Shown here: positions 26,912 to 34,727 of the stretch, piece after piece
Position numbering within the stretch: position 1 is the stretch's first letter
How the letters are laid out: each line of letters starts with the position of its first letter
From: a virus
Taxonomy: Duplodnaviria; Heunggongvirae; Uroviricota; Caudoviricetes
DNA length: 34,727 bases
IMG/VR virus record: IMGVR_UViG_2585427750_000024
Reading direction: 5' to 3' (one strand)
Translations under genes and position numbers: made by a program
The notes under the pieces: generated by a model
Databases searched by the model: none
Told to the model about the DNA's origin: nothing
The model's input: only the letters and a program-made list of their open reading frames with translations

Positions 26912-27406
26912 TCAGAGCAGCCCCTTAACTGAGCTGGTCGCGCTATTAAGGGATGATGTCACCTTATCTTTGAAGCCGGACAACATATCGCTGAACGATG
27001 AGGATTGCAGGCGCTCCCGCAAATCCTCATCACAGCGTTCAAGAGTCAGTGAAAATTCTATCTTTTTCGCCTTACCGTAGCGATCAAACTCGGAGCGGGT
27101 CGTATTCGTTTCGGTCAGGACATACATGCCGTAAATCTGCCCGACGCCATCAATCAGAGGCCAGGGCCGTCCTGTATACGCCTGCGTGGTCAGCAGAGAC
27201 AGCGACACTTCGCCACCTGTAATTTCAGGATAAAGCACACCAGAAAGAACGATGCGATCATCACCTGCACCGATATACTGCCAGCTTGCTGAACGGTTAA
27301 CGCGTTCATTTTTCACATGCCGCCAGCTTTTGTTTTGCTGTAACTGCTGATGCGGCAGCGTGCGCAGCTCAAAAACAAACATGCCATAGATCATCATCAT
27401 GGCCAT
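26912..27406 (-). CDS. U: Tail protein, P2 gpU-like
   Basis: 164 aa; WRHVKNERVNRSASWQYIGAGDDRIVLSGVLYPEITGG resembles recalled P2 U. Confidence 0.8.
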   Translation of the reverse strand: MAMMMIYGMFVFELRTLPHQQLQQNKSWRHVKNERVNRSASWQYIGAGDDRIVLSGVLYPEITGGEVSLSLLTTQAYTGRPWPLIDGVGQIYGMYVLTETNTTRSEFDRYGKAKKIEFSLTLERCDEDLRERLQSSSFSDMLSGFKDKVTSSLNSATSSVKGLL

Positions 27407-27412
27407 GACTCC

Positions 27413-30256
27413 TCAATCTTTATCGTAAAAACTGCCACGCCCGGCACGGGCGCGCCGTTCCATTTCTGCCCTGACCATTTCACCGACCAGTTTCGCCAGT
27501 TCGCGGGGATTCTGCGTAACAACGTTATGCAGATGAACATGAATTTCACCGCCAAATCTGGAGACAGCAGGCTCCCGATTACGGGAAGCTGCAGGAACTG
27601 ATGCCACTGGCGATCGTATGGCCTCCGCCACCGGGCGGGAGCTGGCCGCAACAACAGGGACCAGCGCCGGAGGCAGCGGAGCCGGGACTACGGGTGTGAT
27701 ATTAATTGCGGGGGCAGGCTTACTGACCTGCGCAATCTTCCGCTCCTGCCACTCCCCACGAACAGCAAGTGCGCGGGGCAGGTTCTTAAAGACAATATCG
27801 CCAGGGCCAATGCGTTTTTTCGTCTCATCAACCAGCTTACCTGTGTTATCAGCAATTTTGCTGAGTCTGCGTAGCGTCCCGGTATTGCTGTCTGTGAGCG
27901 GTTTGTTGTCTTTGGGTTTATCACCTCCGGTGCCATTGCCATTTTCCACAGGCTTCGGCGGATTGATTTTCGCCAGGTCCCCCTGAAGTAAGGCAACCTT
28001 ATCCTGAAGAATGGCCGCACGCTGTGCGTCTTCGATTTTCTTGCGCGCCCTTTCCGCTTCATCCGGAAGGACGCCAAGTTTTTCAAGTATCCACGCCAGC
28101 GTATCCAGTAGCATTTTTGCAGGTGTCAGAACAAGTTGTAACGCACCGCCAAGAACGTTACCGAATATCTCGCCAGCACTGGTACATTTATCCAGCGTTT
28201 CCTTGCTGGACTCCATCGGTGACAGCAGCGATTTAAACCAGTTAAACACCTGGCTGATCCCGCTTCCGATTGCGTCAAAAACAGGGCCAAACCGTTCAAA
28301 GGTTTCACGCAACGGGTTCAGCCTTTCCATAATCCCGCTGAACACCCCGGCAAAAAATGCCCTGATGGGATCCCAGTATTTCCAGATAAGGACGGCAGCT
28401 CCGGCAAGCGCAGCCACGATAAGACCAACCGGACTGAACAGCGCCCCGATAGCGCCTCCCAGTAAAGAAACGGAACCCGTCACCATTCCCCATAGTGCTG
28501 GCAGGCCCCTGACAGCATTCATTGATCCGGTCAGGAGAGAAAAACCAAGACGCAGTTTTGCCAGCGGACCAGCAAGCACACCAATAGCCAGCGACAACGA
28601 GCCAACCGTTGCAGTCATTGCCAGCAACGCACCGCCTGCTATCAGTAGCTGGCGCGTCAGTGCCGGATGGGCCTGCGCCAGCGCCGTCACCCTTGATACC
28701 ACCCGCGTGAGCCACTGCGTGACAGAACGCAGCGGACCGTCAATCAGATCTGCAATGCGGATGCGCAACCCTTCCCATGCACTGCCGAGTGATTTCAGAT
28801 CGCCGTCAAGGTTGTTGGCCATAACCTTTGCTGTGCGTTCAGCCTCACCGCGCGCGCCTTCAAGTTCTTTTCTCAGTTTGGGTAAGGAACCGTCACCCAC
28901 TGCATCAACGAGCGCCATAAACGATGTGAAAGCCTCTTCTCCGGCAATGTCCTTAAAGAACGATACCCGGTCAACTTCCCCGTATTTGCGGGTGGCTTTA
29001 TAAAGGTCGGCCAGCACATCCTCCATCGGGCGCATTTTACCCCCGGCATCCGAGACGGACACGCCCAGCTCTTTCAGAGCTTCTGCCGCCGCCTTTGGCG
29101 GTGATGCCAGACGAGCCAGGCTGGCACGCATTGCCGTCCCGGCATCACTCCCTCTGATGCCCATATTCGCCAGCACACCAGCCATCGCTGCGGCCTGCTC
29201 CAGCGATATTCCCAGCTTACCCGCCACCGGACCTGCATATTTCATGGTTTCGCCCAGTGCGCGAAGGTCAGTGTTGGTACGGGTAAACGCTGCGGTGAGT
29301 GTGTCACCGACCCGGTCCATCTGGTCAGCAGAAAGGCCGAACTGCGTCAGGATATTTGAGCCAATATCTGCCGTCTCGCCGAGATCCATACCGCCAGCCG
29401 TTGCCATGCTCAGCACTCCGGGAAGCGCAGCCTGAATGGCCTGCGGTGTGAAGCCTGCCATTGCAAGAAATGCCTGCCCATTGGCGGCATCGCCTGCGGT
29501 GAACTGCGTTTCAGAGCCAAGTTTTAACGCCTGCTCACGCAGCGCCTTAAACTGCGGGCTGTTCTGGTCGATTCGCGTCAGCGCCTGAACGCGGGACATC
29601 TCTTTGCCGAACCCGATCGCGGGCTGCAAAAAACGCCCGGCAGCATAGCCGCCCGCCGCTGCCGCACCAATTGCCAGCGCACCACCTGTTTTCAGTTTTC
29701 CCGCGGTTTCCTGCGCGCGCGAATACCACTCACGCGCCCGCGTTACACGCGCAAGCGCCTGCCGTTCGCGTTCAAGCTGGTTGTTGTACTGTTCGGTGCG
29801 TCTGATGGCCTGCTGGATGGTGTTATCGCTGCCTGTCAGGGAAATGCCGTGGCGTTTCAGCTCTCCGCCAAGCTCCCGCATTTTCTGAATTTCCCGTGTG
29901 CGCGATTCATTCAGGCGTTCAAGCCGGGTGCTTAACTGCTGCATCAGCTTTTGTTGTTTTTCGCTGAGCACTGTACCCGTGCGTTGTAACTGATTAAGGG
30001 CGTTAAGCTGGCGTCGTGCTTTCACGATACCCGCATCCGCTTTACTGACAGCGTCGCGGGCGCGCTCAAATGAACGAGCCTGACGCTCGAGATTTTTAAT
30101 CGCCCCCTGCGTTCGCTGGATGGAGTCACCAAACTGCCCCATCAGGCGGCGGGCGTTTTCGGCAGGCCGGGTCAGCCTGTCAACGGCGCTGAAAGCGACC
30201 CGGATATCAAGAGTCTTCATTGTCTGCATTCCCGCTGCGAAGTGCCGCCCGCTCAC
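27413..30256 (-). CDS. T: Tail tape measure protein, P2 gpT-like
   Basis: 947 aa; long coiled-coil N-region, Gly/Ala-rich TM-like central segments; immediately downstream of E/E'. Confidence 0.85.
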   Translation of the reverse strand: MSGRHFAAGMQTMKTLDIRVAFSAVDRLTRPAENARRLMGQFGDSIQRTQGAIKNLERQARSFERARDAVSKADAGIVKARRQLNALNQLQRTGTVLSEKQQKLMQQLSTRLERLNESRTREIQKMRELGGELKRHGISLTGSDNTIQQAIRRTEQYNNQLERERQALARVTRAREWYSRAQETAGKLKTGGALAIGAAAAGGYAAGRFLQPAIGFGKEMSRVQALTRIDQNSPQFKALREQALKLGSETQFTAGDAANGQAFLAMAGFTPQAIQAALPGVLSMATAGGMDLGETADIGSNILTQFGLSADQMDRVGDTLTAAFTRTNTDLRALGETMKYAGPVAGKLGISLEQAAAMAGVLANMGIRGSDAGTAMRASLARLASPPKAAAEALKELGVSVSDAGGKMRPMEDVLADLYKATRKYGEVDRVSFFKDIAGEEAFTSFMALVDAVGDGSLPKLRKELEGARGEAERTAKVMANNLDGDLKSLGSAWEGLRIRIADLIDGPLRSVTQWLTRVVSRVTALAQAHPALTRQLLIAGGALLAMTATVGSLSLAIGVLAGPLAKLRLGFSLLTGSMNAVRGLPALWGMVTGSVSLLGGAIGALFSPVGLIVAALAGAAVLIWKYWDPIRAFFAGVFSGIMERLNPLRETFERFGPVFDAIGSGISQVFNWFKSLLSPMESSKETLDKCTSAGEIFGNVLGGALQLVLTPAKMLLDTLAWILEKLGVLPDEAERARKKIEDAQRAAILQDKVALLQGDLAKINPPKPVENGNGTGGDKPKDNKPLTDSNTGTLRRLSKIADNTGKLVDETKKRIGPGDIVFKNLPRALAVRGEWQERKIAQVSKPAPAINITPVVPAPLPPALVPVVAASSRPVAEAIRSPVASVPAASRNREPAVSRFGGEIHVHLHNVVTQNPRELAKLVGEMVRAEMERRARAGRGSFYDKD

Positions 30257-30736
30257 GCCAGCTAACCACTTCGCCGGGCGTCATCATGAAGATTTCGGCG
30301 GGCGACCAGTTAAAAATAACGGCAATATCTGCCACAAAGTCTTCTATGTGCTCAAAGCACACAACCGTGATCAGGCTTCCGTCGCCTGTTCGTTCTTCCC
30401 GCCAGAGTCCGCACCGCTCAAAAAATTTACGGCAACCACACATAACTGAATAAAGTCACGGGATGCCATTTTTTTGATCGTCACTTCATCCAGTCGCGGT
30501 GATGTCACGCGTGACAGCAGCGTAAACATGGATTCCGCTTTCAGATTCAGCACATCAGACAGCGACAAATCTCGCAGAGATCCAGCCTGCTCAATAGCCC
30601 CGGTGATCTCCACATACGTGATTTTTTCGCCGCCTCGCTCAATTGGTTGGGTAAGTTTTACACCACGCTCACTGGTTTCTTTCACAGTGTCAGCAACTAC
30701 CGTGTTTTCGGTATCGATGTTTTTCGTCTCTTTCAT
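30207..30736 (-). CDS. E+E' fusion produced by programmed -1 translational frameshift
   Basis: -1 frame is open from 30455 to stop 30207 and overlaps the E 3' end; heptamer T_TTT_TTG at 30425-30419 is in the correct phase. Confidence 0.6.
30371..30736 (-). CDS. E: Tail assembly chaperone E (P2 gpE-like)
   Basis: 121 aa; between FII and T; contains slippery heptamer T TTT TTG near its 3' end. Confidence 0.75.
   Translation of the reverse strand: MKETKNIDTENTVVADTVKETSERGVKLTQPIERGGEKITYVEITGAIEQAGSLRDLSLSDVLNLKAESMFTLLSRVTSPRLDEVTIKKMASRDFIQLCVVAVNFLSGADSGGKNEQATEA
30419..30425 (-). other. Programmed -1 ribosomal frameshift slippery site T_TTT_TTG
   Basis: Plus strand CAAAAAA (30419-30425); minus-strand codons AAT|TTT|TTG in E frame; same heptamer as reported for P2 E/E' (recalled). 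Confidence 0.6.
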
Positions 30737-30790
30737 CAGGAAACTCCTTTCAGTCAGAGGCGACGCACTGCGCCGCCTGCATATTACTTA

Positions 30791-31303
30791 TCAGCCAAGC
30801 CCGAGCGCGGAACGGATGCGATCGGGCACAATGTCCTTGCCGTCCTTCCGGTAAATGAAGTTCAGCAGGTCAATCTCCCACAACGGGCGATCGTTAACAC
30901 TCAGCTTGTAGTAGGTGTTTTTAATGGCGTAAGTGTGTGATGTGGCTTCGCCCTGTTTGGCTTCCCCCATATCAATTTCCGTCACACGTCCGCGCATTTC
31001 GACTTCATACAGGTCGCTTTCTGCATCGGTGTAATATTCACCCGCAAAACGCAGCAGCGTGCCGTCAATCGTGCCGCCATACTTAAGGAACAGCTCACGA
31101 ACTGCGCCCCCCATGACAAAGCTCGCATCAAGCGCGGAGTCGTCCAGACCGAGATCAATACTTACCGCACCCATCATGCCACCACCCCGGTAGCTGTCGG
31201 TTTTGCGCGTCAGCTTAGGCAGAGTGACGGACGTCACCTTACCCACTTCGTTTTCACCATCCACAAACAGCGTAAAAAAGCGAAGATGTTTTGGTACAGC
31301 CAT
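30791..31303 (-). CDS. FII: Tail tube protein, P2 gpFII-like
   Basis: 170 aa; VTLPKLTRK.DSYRGGGMMGA..IDLGLDD and RFAG.Y match recalled P2 FII. Confidence 0.85.
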   Translation of the reverse strand: MAVPKHLRFFTLFVDGENEVGKVTSVTLPKLTRKTDSYRGGGMMGAVSIDLGLDDSALDASFVMGGAVRELFLKYGGTIDGTLLRFAGEYYTDAESDLYEVEMRGRVTEIDMGEAKQGEATSHTYAIKNTYYKLSVNDRPLWEIDLLNFIYRKDGKDIVPDRIRSALGLG

Positions 31304-32487
31304 CAGGCACCTCCCAGCACCGCAAATGCGGGTTCAAAGTATTCATCAGTAAACGTCTGGTAAAGCTCCATGTCTTCCAGTGGCGGAACGGGCGTATATT
31401 TGTAGCGAATACGCACACGCCCCTGACGTAAATCCGTGGTGCTGTTATCCACCACGTCATACCAGCACTCCGCGCCAATCAGTTTCCCGGCAGTAACCAG
31501 CGAATCCAGTTTTGCCCTGATGGCACTGATAACATCCTTCACGTTCGCAGGCGTCAGTGGACTGTCGATGGTTTCAAACTGCGCTTCCGCAATTGAATCA
31601 GCCAGCACCTGTGCGGTTCGGGTATACACCTCAAAGATGTAGGCGTTCGTTTCCGGTGTGCGGTTGCCCCAGAAGCGGAACCCGTTGCGACGAATAATGG
31701 TCGTGATTTCTTTGTTGTTGAGGCTGTTGGCATCACTGTCTTCGGCCTGCAACGACCAGAAAACATGCCTGGACATCCCCAGCACATTTTTAACAGGAAC
31801 GTTGGACAGCGATTTGTGCCAGCCCTGCTCATGGTCAATGTACGCACGAAGGCCGCACGCATAGGCAGGCGCGGGGAACGTTTCGTTTTTGCCACTTTTC
31901 GGGTTGTAGGCGATGAAGTCCGGCCATAAGAGCATCACCTCACGTTCGTTGAATTTCTGGCGGTAGGTAATTGCCTCAGCCATCGTGTTACAGTCATGAC
32001 ATGAGGCATACACAAACGCGCGCAGTTTACCCGCAATCACGCACAGGGATTTTGTCACCGCCTCCGTGTCCAGCTCCGGCGCGGCCAGAATACGCGGACG
32101 GTATCCGATGCTTTCATCCTGCTCTGCAACAAGCAGCGCATACATCCCCGTATAGCTGCCGTCAGATTCAGAACCACCGATAACCAGTTGATCCTGCGTC
32201 TTACCGCCTTCTTCTTTGTGTTCAGCCACGCGAACGACGATCACTTTTGTGCTCACCTGGTCTGCAATAGCCTTAAGCGCACGATAAAGCGTCCCCGTAG
32301 TCCCGCATTTTCCCAGCACGTCATTGACGCGGGTCAGCAGTGTGGGCTTGTTCAGCGGGAACAGCTCCGCGTCCGCATCATCCGCCGTTGCCACGATACC
32401 GATAACACTGGAATCAACATCATTAATCGCTGTTACCAGGTCGGTACTTTCCGTAACACGGGCACCATGAAAACGAGTTTCACTCAT
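31303..32487 (-). CDS. FI: Contractile tail sheath protein, P2 gpFI-like
   Basis: 394 aa; DADAELFPLNKP, KLRAF, WPDF, EQGWHK.LSNV, IRRNGFRFWGNRT, YTPVPPLE match recalled P2 FI. Confidence 0.9.
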   Translation of the reverse strand: MSETRFHGARVTESTDLVTAINDVDSSVIGIVATADDADAELFPLNKPTLLTRVNDVLGKCGTTGTLYRALKAIADQVSTKVIVVRVAEHKEEGGKTQDQLVIGGSESDGSYTGMYALLVAEQDESIGYRPRILAAPELDTEAVTKSLCVIAGKLRAFVYASCHDCNTMAEAITYRQKFNEREVMLLWPDFIAYNPKSGKNETFPAPAYACGLRAYIDHEQGWHKSLSNVPVKNVLGMSRHVFWSLQAEDSDANSLNNKEITTIIRRNGFRFWGNRTPETNAYIFEVYTRTAQVLADSIAEAQFETIDSPLTPANVKDVISAIRAKLDSLVTAGKLIGAECWYDVVDNSTTDLRQGRVRIRYKYTPVPPLEDMELYQTFTDEYFEPAFAVLGGA

Positions 32488-32644
32488 AGCTTCAGCCCCT
32501 TGTATCCGTTAAATGATTCGGCAACAATCATCACCCACCACGCGCGTAATCTCACCCCTGCGCCGTTCTCCCGCCACGGCGACAACAAAAAGCAGTAACC
32601 CCCTATGCACGCACATGCGACCATGCCGCACAGGGAGGGAACAG
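32488..32644. promoter_or_regulatory. Divergent promoter region between FI (leftward) and D (rightward)
   Basis: 157-bp intergenic; contains ACAACAAAA (32582-32590) and TAACCCCCT (32596-32604), both shared with the P/O region; RBS GGGAGGG before D ATG 32645. Confidence 0.35.
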
Positions 32645-33745
32645 ATGACCGATACCACCATGCAATTGCTCAGTCAGAGCACAGACCCCGTGAAAATGCC
32701 GGATTTTGATATTCTCGCGGAGGGGGAAACACTGTCCGGCGTGGCAGAGCGCCTGATGAGCCTGTCACTGACCGACAACCGGGGATTTGAAGCGGACCTG
32801 CTCACCATCACGCTGGATGATGCGGATGGTCAGTTGCAGCTACCGCCACGGGGCGCGCGCCTGACGGTTCTCATTGGCTGGAAAGGAGAACCGCTGACAG
32901 AAAAAGGCACTTACATTGTTGATGAAATCGCTCACGAAGGACCGCCGGACAGGCTGACTGTTTCAGCCAGAAGCGCAGATTTTCGGGATGAATTTAACGT
33001 TAAACGTGAGGTGTCCTGGCATGATGTGACCGTTGAGCGCGTGGTATCCGCCATCGCTCATCGGTACGGTCTGAAACCACAAATCAGCGAAATGCTGATG
33101 GATATTGAAATCGACCACGCCGACCAGACCGAAGAAAGCGACATGTCCTTCCTTACGCGCATGGCGGAAATGCTGGGCGCAATCACTACGGTAAAAAGCA
33201 GTAATCTGTTATTCATCATGCCAGGCGGTGGCGTGAACGCACAGGGCCAGCCGTTGCCATCGTTCGCCATCACGCGCAGCAGTGGCGATCGCCATCAGTT
33301 CCGCATTGCTGACCGCGAAGCGTATACGGGGGTACGTGCTTACTGGCTTGATCTTAATTACGGGAAAAAGAAAAAAGTCAGCGTGAAACGCCGCAAACCG
33401 AAAAAGGAGAAAAGCAGCAGCCGTGAAGGTGACTATATGGAAGGTGCGGAAGGCAACGTGTTTGTGTTACGCAAGACTTATCAGAACGAGCAGGCAGCAA
33501 GACGTGCAGCGGCGGCAAAGTGGCAGCAGCTACAACGCGGAGCCGCATCATTCTCCATCACGCTGGCGCGTGGACGCGCAGAACTCTATCCCGAAATGCA
33601 TGGCACGGTGACAGGCTTCAAAAGTGACATCGATAATCAGGACTGGATTATTGCAAAAGCCGAGCACACCATTGATAACAGCGGCTTTACCACACAGCTT
33701 GAGCTTGAAGCAAAAATCCCGGAATGGATAGCAGAAACAGAATGA
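32513..33745 (+). CDS. D: Tail protein D (P2 gpD-like); probable true start ATG 32645
   Basis: Track ORF 410 aa; from 32645 (MTDTTMQLL...) 366 aa; SLSLTDNRGFEADLLTITLDDADG...SARSADF resembles recalled P2 D. Confidence 0.85.
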   Translation: MIRQQSSPTTRVISPLRRSPATATTKSSNPLCTHMRPCRTGREQMTDTTMQLLSQSTDPVKMPDFDILAEGETLSGVAERLMSLSLTDNRGFEADLLTITLDDADGQLQLPPRGARLTVLIGWKGEPLTEKGTYIVDEIAHEGPPDRLTVSARSADFRDEFNVKREVSWHDVTVERVVSAIAHRYGLKPQISEMLMDIEIDHADQTEESDMSFLTRMAEMLGAITTVKSSNLLFIMPGGGVNAQGQPLPSFAITRSSGDRHQFRIADREAYTGVRAYWLDLNYGKKKKVSVKRRKPKKEKSSSREGDYMEGAEGNVFVLRKTYQNEQAARRAAAAKWQQLQRGAASFSITLARGRAELYPEMHGTVTGFKSDIDNQDWIIAKAEHTIDNSGFTTQLELEAKIPEWIAETE

Positions 33746-34144
33746 GCAAATTAGATGTATTGACTCAAACCAGAACTGACACACTCACAGCACAGTGCCA
33801 GACCCAATCTGGCAGCCCGCTTTGTGCCTAGAGCAGGTGTTGCTTATGTAACAGTTAATCCACGGATAGTGGTCATGAATGCTGGTTGAAGTTGTATTGC
33901 CATGAGTGGTCAATTAGGGACTCACTTATTATCGCGTGCTCACCATTGATGGGTAAGATCATGCATTTCGGCTACTGTACTTCGCGAATCCTCCGCACAC
34001 AGGCAACACCTGATTTAAGAACAGAGGGAGATGATGACGCAAGGAAGATTTATTATCGTGCATGTGGCAGATGATCTTTTAGCTGCCGGAGTGATAAATT
34101 ACACCTATTTTCGATAAGTGTTTTTGTTATAGAACATTAATTTC

Positions 34145-34419
34145 GTGGGAAACAATAAAGTGAAATTAGGAAGAAATGATAAGTGCTGGTGTAATTCAGG
34201 ACTTAAGTATAAAAAGTGCCATCTTGGTCGAGATCGTGAAACTCCGGTATCCAAAGCCGAGGCACTGAAATTTTCAAAGTCTCTCTCGCAGAGAAAGGCA
34301 TGTTATGCGCCAGCATCCATGCACGAAGATTGTGATAAACGCATCGTTCAGGCGCATACGATATCTAAGAGCAGTAGCCTTAAGGCGATCGCCGACTCCA
34401 GCAATCACGTCATGGGGGT
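34145..34419 (+). pseudogene. SEC-C-motif protein gene truncated by IS insertion
   Basis: GTG start; N-terminal KCWCNSGLKYKKCH (SEC-C-like metal-binding motif); reading frame runs into the IS terminus at ~34420, so track ORF 34145..34597 is chimeric. Confidence 0.4.
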
Positions 34420-34727
34420 TGGATTTGCCCCTATATTTCCAGACACCTGTTATCACTTAACCCATTACTGGCCTGCTGCCGCAGATATTCCCGTGGCGAG
34501 CGATAACCCAGTGCACTATGCGGATGCCATTCGTTATAATGCTCGAACGCCTCTGCAAGGTTCTTTGCTGCCGTTAACCCGTCTGGTTTGGGCATGATAC
34601 TGATGTAGTCACGCTTTATCGTTTTCACGAAGCTCTCTGCTATGCCGTTACTCTCCGGACTCCGCACCGCCGTGTTCTTCGGTTCAAGCCCCAACATCCG
34701 GGCAAACTGCCGTGTTTCATTAGCCCG
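34420..34727 (-). mobile_element. IS3-family insertion sequence (IS2-like), partial: terminal inverted repeat and 3' end of transposase orfB; continues beyond window
   Basis: Element terminus begins TGGATTTGCCCC at 34420; minus-strand ORF 34431..34697 encodes ...[24 protein letters not shown]..., typical IS3-family (IS2 InsD-like) C-terminus; truncated by window end. Confidence 0.7.

Noticed and set aside
28011-29003. 330-aa plus-strand ORF antisense to tape-measure gene T
   Set aside because: Ser/Ala/Pro-rich translation of the antisense strand of a GC-rich structural gene; no start context.
30469-30475. T7 homopolymer on the plus strand (A7 on the E coding strand) as the E/E' frameshift site
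   Set aside because: The -1 frame has a TGA stop at 30458-30456 between this run and the open E' frame; the correctly phased TTTTTTG at 30419-30425 is the better site.
26904-32519. Shared 8-mer CGTTAAAT at both boundaries of the inverted tail block as possible inversion repeats
   Set aside because: The copies are in direct rather than inverted orientation and only 8 bp long; compatible with chance.
33886-34074. 62-aa TTG-start ORF after D as a possible ogr/B late activator
   Set aside because: Cys positions do not fit the Ogr C-x2-C-x22-C-x4-C zinc finger; weak start context; at best a degraded remnant.
34145-34597. 150-aa ORF as a single intact protein
   Set aside because: The C-terminal third is read-through into the IS2-like terminal repeat (from ~34420); the real gene is truncated.
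1-34727. CRISPR arrays, tRNA/tmRNA genes, attL/attR core repeats
   Set aside because: No regularly spaced direct repeats with spacers and no cloverleaf-like sequences recognised; att cores cannot be defined because the left flank beyond int lies outside the window.

Overview
The window is almost entirely one P2-like (peduovirus-type) temperate myovirus prophage, running from the integrase (1..1002, minus strand) to tail gene D (ends 33745). Gene order follows P2: int, C-like repressor, cox-like early region, replication gene A, then a cos-containing gap, Q/P leftward, O-N-M-L-X, a lysis cassette, R-S-V-W-J-I-H-G, and the F-block plus D. Family assignments rest on reading the translations and recalling P2 homologues; no database search was run. 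Five things depart from canonical P2: (1) a cargo module between the repressor and int (a C-terminally membrane-anchored protein plus a secreted protein) that shares a peptide motif with the repressor; (2) a plasmid-type ParM/ParR cassette and a Zn-ribbon ORF in the A-to-cos hotspot; (3) a NanS-p-like sialate O-acetylesterase (DUF1737 + SASA/GQSN) fused onto the end of the lysis cassette; (4) an AT-rich hexapeptide acetyltransferase moron at the G/F junction; (5) the FI-FII-E/E'-T-U block is inverted relative to D and the other late genes. No ogr-like late activator or TGT-N12-ACA site was found. The right end carries a SEC-C-motif gene truncated by an IS2-like element that runs off the window. 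No tRNA, rRNA or CRISPR array was seen. The ORF track uses GTG/TTG starts printed as M, so several true starts are probably internal.
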